Source: Desulfurococcales archaeon
Lineage (GTDB): Archaea > Thermoproteota > Thermoprotei_A > Sulfolobales > Desulfurococcaceae
Assembly: GCA_027022365.1 (NCBI GenBank)
Contig: JALVYU010000026.1
Span: 352,001 to 416,000, forward strand
Direction of reading: 5' to 3'
DNA length: 64,000 nt
Shown: positions 59,702 to 64,000 of the stretch, piece after piece
Layout of the letters: the number at the start of each line of letters is the position of its first letter
Position numbering within the stretch: the first letter of the stretch is position 1
Notes under the pieces: generated by a model
Told to the model about the DNA's origin: nothing
The model's input: only the letters and a program-made list of their open reading frames with translations
Database searches by the model: none
Program-made: the position numbers and the translations under genes

Positions 59702-60292
59702 ATGAATGGTGTAGGAACCGTTCTCGGTATCAGAGCCAGGGATGGTATCGTATTAGCTGGTGAAAAGAGATTAACCTATGACGGCTTTGTGCTCAGTAAG
59801 AACGTGAGAAAAGTGCATCCAATAACGGATCATATAGGTATAGGAGTCGTAGGGCTTATGGGTGATGCGCAGGTATTATTAAAGATGCTGCGGTTCGAGG
59901 CTAAGAGTTATGAGCTTCAGCACAATAGGAAGATACGTGTTAGATCGATGGCGAAAGTGGCATCTATAATACTTTACTCATACAAGCTAATGCCCATGAT
60001 GACTGAAACAATAATTGCAGGAGTTGATGATAAAGGCCCGCAGCTTTTCGTCCTAGATCCTGTGGGTAGCTATATAGAAGACAAGTACGCGGCGCTCGGC
60101 TCGGGCGGGCCCTTAGCACTAGGTATTCTGGAGAAAGAATATAAGGATGAAATCAGCGTTGATGATGCATCTCATCTAGCAGTAAGTGCTATTGAGGCCG
60201 CGTTGAAAAGAGACGCTGTCTCGGGCGATGGTATAGACCTATTGATCATAACGAGGGACGGCTATGAGCTGAAAGAATACTTGTTCAAATAA
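59702..60292 (+). CDS. psmB: proteasome beta subunit (probably non-catalytic paralog)
   Basis: AGEKR, GLMGDAQ, GSGG, RDAVSG; VGT instead of GTT at the N-terminus. Confidence 0.9.
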   Translation: MNGVGTVLGIRARDGIVLAGEKRLTYDGFVLSKNVRKVHPITDHIGIGVVGLMGDAQVLLKMLRFEAKSYELQHNRKIRVRSMAKVASIILYSYKLMPMMTETIIAGVDDKGPQLFVLDPVGSYIEDKYAALGSGGPLALGILEKEYKDEISVDDASHLAVSAIEAALKRDAVSGDGIDLLIITRDGYELKEYLFK

Positions 60293-60314
60293 CCCGGGAG
60301 TTAGGGCTTGTGGT

Positions 60315-60977
60315 TTGCCCAAATACTTTGACTATAAGAGGGCCGTAAAGATACAGAGGATCCTTGCCGAGAAAGTCTTTAAAAGCCTGGAGAACCCCTC
60401 CTTATTGGATCCTGATAATGTCAGGTATGTTGTAGGTGTTGATGCTGCTTATTCTAAAGGGTTAATGTACGGCGTCGCAGTTCTTATAGACTATTGTTCT
60501 GGGGAGCTAATACGATATAGTGTTGTTAAGAAGAAACCACCTATTCCATATGTTCCGGGCCTACTAGCTTTCAGAGAAGCACCAGCATACATATCCGCTG
60601 TAAGGAAACTAGGTATTCTACCAGATATTATTGTTGTGGATGGTCACGGCGTCTCTCATCCTAGGGGGCTCGGTATAGCCAGTCATATCGGATTGGTACT
60701 AGACGTACCCAGTATAGGTGTTGCTAAGAAGAAGCTATACGGCGAAGTAAGGGAGGAAAACGGCGAGGTATTCCTCTATGCGCATGGACTGAGGGCTGCC
60801 AAGATCGTTAGTCATCGTGGGCAAACACTGTACATAAGCATGGGGTACAAGATAAGCCTAGATGATGCATGGCGGATCATACAAAGAATGCTTACACCTA
60901 GATACAAGCTACCCATACCAACAGCGCTGGCCGACAGAATATCTAAGGAAATCGCACACCGCCGTAGGGGGCACTGA
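60315..60977 (+). CDS. nfi: endonuclease V
   Basis: GVDAAY, PYVPGLLAFRE, DGHGVSHPR, GVAK. Confidence 0.94.
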   Translation: MPKYFDYKRAVKIQRILAEKVFKSLENPSLLDPDNVRYVVGVDAAYSKGLMYGVAVLIDYCSGELIRYSVVKKKPPIPYVPGLLAFREAPAYISAVRKLGILPDIIVVDGHGVSHPRGLGIASHIGLVLDVPSIGVAKKKLYGEVREENGEVFLYAHGLRAAKIVSHRGQTLYISMGYKISLDDAWRIIQRMLTPRYKLPIPTALADRISKEIAHRRRGH

Positions 60978-61018
60978 TAACCATTATATAGGCGTGTAAA
61001 AATCCACAAAAACTAGGT

Positions 61019-61113
61019 GGGCCCGTAGCCTAGCCTGGATAGGGCGCTGGCCTGCGGCCTAGGAGTAAGGGGTGGATAGCCAGAGGTCCCGGGTTCAAAT
61101 CCCGGCGGGCCCG
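61019..61113 (+). tRNA. tRNA-Arg(GCG) with 20-nt intron at 37/38 (61058-61077)
   Basis: Cloverleaf; BHB-like CTGC/GTGG helix with two G-U pairs. Confidence 0.9.
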
Positions 61114-61117
61114 CTAC

Positions 61118-61170
61118 ACTCAGTGCTCCGCCATTCTCATCATCTTCAGCCCCAAAGATCCTCATCACAG
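61118..61170 (-). ncRNA. box C/D sRNA
   Basis: GTGATGA GGATCTTTGGGG CTGA AG ATGATGA GAATGGCGGAGCA CTGA, all four boxes canonical. Confidence 0.88.
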
Positions 61171-61217
61171 CCGCGCAACAATATTATCCTGCCTAGCCAG
61201 ATATTATCGATGTACCG

Positions 61218-61276
61218 CGGGGATGATGACAACCTCCGACACTGAAAACGTGTTGAGGCCCTGCGATACTGACTCG
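61218..61276 (+). ncRNA. box C/D sRNA
   Basis: ATGATGA CAACCTCCGACA CTGA AAAC GTGTTGA GGCCCTGCGATA CTGA. Confidence 0.88.
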
Positions 61277-61291
61277 TAGTGGGAACCCAGG

Positions 61292-61804
61292 CTAAGTCGA
61301 AGTACATTCTCTTAGTAACTTGTATGTTTTAACCACTCGGCTCGCCAGCTTATATGGTATACTGAGAGTATCAACTAGATCCTTAGGCGTGAATTCTGCT
61401 CCTCCAGCATTAGTAGTCAGCTCGTCTAGTTTCTTGATCAGTTTTTCTGGCACAGTATAGGATGTTATCTTTGTTCTCCTCACGGCTATAACGAAATACG
61501 TGGCGCCAAGCTTCAGCACATATACTCGTCCCTGTTTACATAGCAGGAGCTTCAGCTCGTCCACGACAGGCCTGTATTCCTGGCTTATGACATATTTCTC
61601 GCCTGATTTCTCGAGCACGCCGTATTTTTGGAGCCACCATAATGCCCTCTTTATAATCGGTGTTCTGACGCCGAGTAGTTCTCTTAGTTCGCCGATACTT
61701 GTTCCTCCCAGACTATGTATCTCAGCTATAAATGGAGTTAGCCACGGCCTCCTAGTTATTAGAACCAGTATTGTTTCCCGCTTAGTGGGTTCTCTTTTAA
61801 GCAT
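61292..61804 (-). CDS. winged-helix-like hypothetical protein
   Basis: SIGELRELLG...IKRALWWLQKYGVL; second HTH-like segment at the C-terminus. Confidence 0.7.
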   Translation of the reverse strand: MLKREPTKRETILVLITRRPWLTPFIAEIHSLGGTSIGELRELLGVRTPIIKRALWWLQKYGVLEKSGEKYVISQEYRPVVDELKLLLCKQGRVYVLKLGATYFVIAVRRTKITSYTVPEKLIKKLDELTTNAGGAEFTPKDLVDTLSIPYKLASRVVKTYKLLRECTST

Positions 61805-61869
61805 TATTATCTACCCGGTATACCTTAATATTTAAGGCATAATAACTATGCTTTTAAACAAAGAGTAGC

Positions 61870-63153
61870 TTGGGTGCTAGAACAATGAGCACGGGTGATT
61901 ATAAGGTTAAGGATATGGGGCTGGCGGAAGCCGGTAAACTGAAAATTTACTGGGCAGAGAAACATATGCCTGTCCTAATGCTTCTCAGGAAGAAGTATAT
62001 GGACGAGAAACCATTCAAAGGATTAAGAATATCTGCCGTCCTACACGTAACTAAAGAAACCGCCGTCCTAATGAAAGCGATCAAGGATGCTGGAGCAGAG
62101 GACGTCGTGCTAGCAGCGAGCAACCCGTTATCCACACAGGACGACGTGGCAGCGGCACTAGTAGAGTACGGCATAAGAGTATATGCGTGGAGAGGACAGT
62201 CAAGCGAGGAGTATTACTGGTGTATTAGGAAAGCAGCTGAGAACGAGCCCGATATAATATTGGATGATGGCGGAGATTTTCATGCACTTATACATAAGGA
62301 GTATCCCAAACTAGCATCAAAAATGATCGGCGGTACCGAGGAGACTACAACGGGTGTGATAAGGCTAAGAGCCCTTGAGCGCGATGGACTGCTCAAGTAC
62401 CCGGTCATAGCTGTAAACAATGCTTATACAAAACACTTGTTCGACAACAGGTACGGTACCGGGCAGAGCACATTCGACGGTATACTTAGGGCTACTAACA
62501 TACTGGTCGCTGGTAAAGTAGTTGTGGTAGCTGGTTATGGATGGGTAGGCAGAGGAATAGCCATGAGGGCACGTGGACTAGGAGCTAGAAGGGTTATAGT
62601 TACAGAGGTGGATCCTATTAGGGCTCTTGAAGCAGTCTTCGATGGATTCGAGGTAATGCCTATGATCGAGGCTGCCAGGGTTGGAGACATATTTATCACA
62701 GCAACGGGAGACAAAGCCGTGATCAGGCGGGAACACCTCGAGGTTATGAAGGACGGTGCAATACTCGCTAATGCTGGGCACTTCAACGTAGAGATATGGA
62801 TACCTGATCTCGAAGCCCTGGCCGTATCCAAGAGGGTTATCCGCCCCAACGTTACGGAGTACATACTACGTGATGGTAGATCGTTATACCTATTGGCTGA
62901 AGGAAGACTCGTAAATCTCGTTGCCGCTGAGGGTCATCCAAGCGAGGTCATGGATATGAGTTTCGCGAACCAGTTCCTAGCAGTCAAATATCTGAACGAT
63001 AATAGGGGCAGGCTGCCGCCAAGAGTCCTGAATCCGCCGAGAGAGCTCGACGAGAGGATAGCGAGGCTCAAGCTCGAATCAATGGGTATAGAGATCGATA
63101 GATTGACAGCGGAGCAAGAACGGTACCTAAAGTCTTGGCAGCTCGGAACATAA
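61870..63153 (+). CDS. ahcY: adenosylhomocysteinase
   Basis: [34 protein letters not shown]. Confidence 0.97.
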   Translation: MGARTMSTGDYKVKDMGLAEAGKLKIYWAEKHMPVLMLLRKKYMDEKPFKGLRISAVLHVTKETAVLMKAIKDAGAEDVVLAASNPLSTQDDVAAALVEYGIRVYAWRGQSSEEYYWCIRKAAENEPDIILDDGGDFHALIHKEYPKLASKMIGGTEETTTGVIRLRALERDGLLKYPVIAVNNAYTKHLFDNRYGTGQSTFDGILRATNILVAGKVVVVAGYGWVGRGIAMRARGLGARRVIVTEVDPIRALEAVFDGFEVMPMIEAARVGDIFITATGDKAVIRREHLEVMKDGAILANAGHFNVEIWIPDLEALAVSKRVIRPNVTEYILRDGRSLYLLAEGRLVNLVAAEGHPSEVMDMSFANQFLAVKYLNDNRGRLPPRVLNPPRELDERIARLKLESMGIEIDRLTAEQERYLKSWQLGT

Positions 63154-63222
63154 TTGTTTTTATCATGTTTATCGTTAAAGCTATATATCCCCCTAGCTAG
63201 AATCAAGATAAAATGGGCCTGG

Positions 63223-63296
63223 GGGCCCGTAGCTCAGCCAGGTAGAGCGCCGGGCTCATAACCCGGTGGTCGGGGGTTCGAATCCCCCCGGGCCCA
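63223..63296 (+). tRNA. tRNA with CAT anticodon, most likely tRNA-Ile2 (agmatidine type)
   Basis: GGGCCC acceptor stem, CTCATAA loop; G1-C72 excludes initiator Met, body resembles archaeal Ile2. Confidence 0.85.
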
Positions 63297-63371
63297 CCTT
63301 TTAATTCCATAATAAATTAATAGAATTTAGGTTTCTCTGGATATGAATAGATCGGAGCAGTAGGATAGAGG

Positions 63372-64000
63372 TTATGTATTGTTTCTTTGTGAAAACTTGT
63401 ACATGATATATTTAAATGCTGCATCAGCTGCTTTAGCTCCTTCTGCTGCAGCTATTATTATTTGTTCGAATCTATACTTGCAGGGACCCCCAGCGGCATC
63501 GCCAGCGACGTATATTCCCGGTAGATTGGTGCTTTGATCAGGGTTTACCTTGGCGTATCCGTTCTCGTCGGTTTCTATGCCAACTGATCTGAAGAATTCC
63601 GTCGGGGGAACTAATCCTATCTCTATGAATACTCCATCTACTTTGAGTATCTTCTCGTTTCCGGTCTTCTTGTTCTTAATCCTTATGCCTTCGACTCTTT
63701 CTTTTCCTAGTATTTCGGTTACAACATAGTTCTTGAGAATAGTGATTTTTGGATTATTTTCTGCTTTGCTTACATATACTTTGAACGCCCTGAACTCGTC
63801 TCTCCTGTGTATAAGGTATACTTTACTAGCGATCTCGGCAAGGTATAATGCTCCTGTTACTGCTGAGTTACCTCCTCCTATTACAGCGACGACTTTATCC
63901 TTAAATAATGGGCCGTCACACGTGGTACAATATGAAACTCCTCTCCCTACTAGTTTATCTTCTCCTGGAACACCGAGTTTCCGCTTCTTACTCCCTATAG
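63372..64000 (-). CDS. trxB: thioredoxin reductase (3' part; 5' end beyond window)
   Basis: Manual translation: GRGVSYCTTCDGP, GGGNSA, HRRDEFRA, YVAGD. Confidence 0.92.
   Translation of the reverse strand, partial: IGSKKRKLGVPGEDKLVGRGVSYCTTCDGPLFKDKVVAVIGGGNSAVTGALYLAEIASKVYLIHRRDEFRAFKVYVSKAENNPKITILKNYVVTEILGKERVEGIRIKNKKTGNEKILKVDGVFIEIGLVPPTEFFRSVGIETDENGYAKVNPDQSTNLPGIYVAGDAAGGPCKYRFEQIIIAAAEGAKAADAAFKYIMYKFSQRNNT

Overview
Core-genome segment of a hyperthermophilic crenarchaeon, most consistent with Desulfurococcales (reverse gyrase, two Alba genes, Rpo13, topo VI, EgsA/GGGP synthase, intron-containing tRNAs). About 60 CDS, 4 tRNAs (3 with BHB introns), RNase P RNA and about ten box C/D guide RNAs absent from the ORF track. 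There is no CRISPR array, transposase or provirus. Main non-obvious signals: (1) a probable replication origin at ~47.2-47.7 kb, with inverted ORB boxes around an AT-rich unwinding element, no adjacent orc1/cdc6, and a second TAAC-N6-GTTA motif fused to three ORBs; (2) an identical 14-bp element (AACAAATAGTTTCG, containing the Sulfolobales ANTTTC DNA-damage-response core) about 80 bp upstream of both a TFB3-like gene and a three-gene type IV pilus operon. With a membrane-anchored HerA/VirB4-type ATPase, an Lhr helicase and a prepilin peptidase next to radA, this suggests a damage-inducible pilus/DNA-exchange regulon outside Sulfolobales; (3) a PCNA gene that appears to initiate at CTG. All assignments are by motif recognition without database searches.
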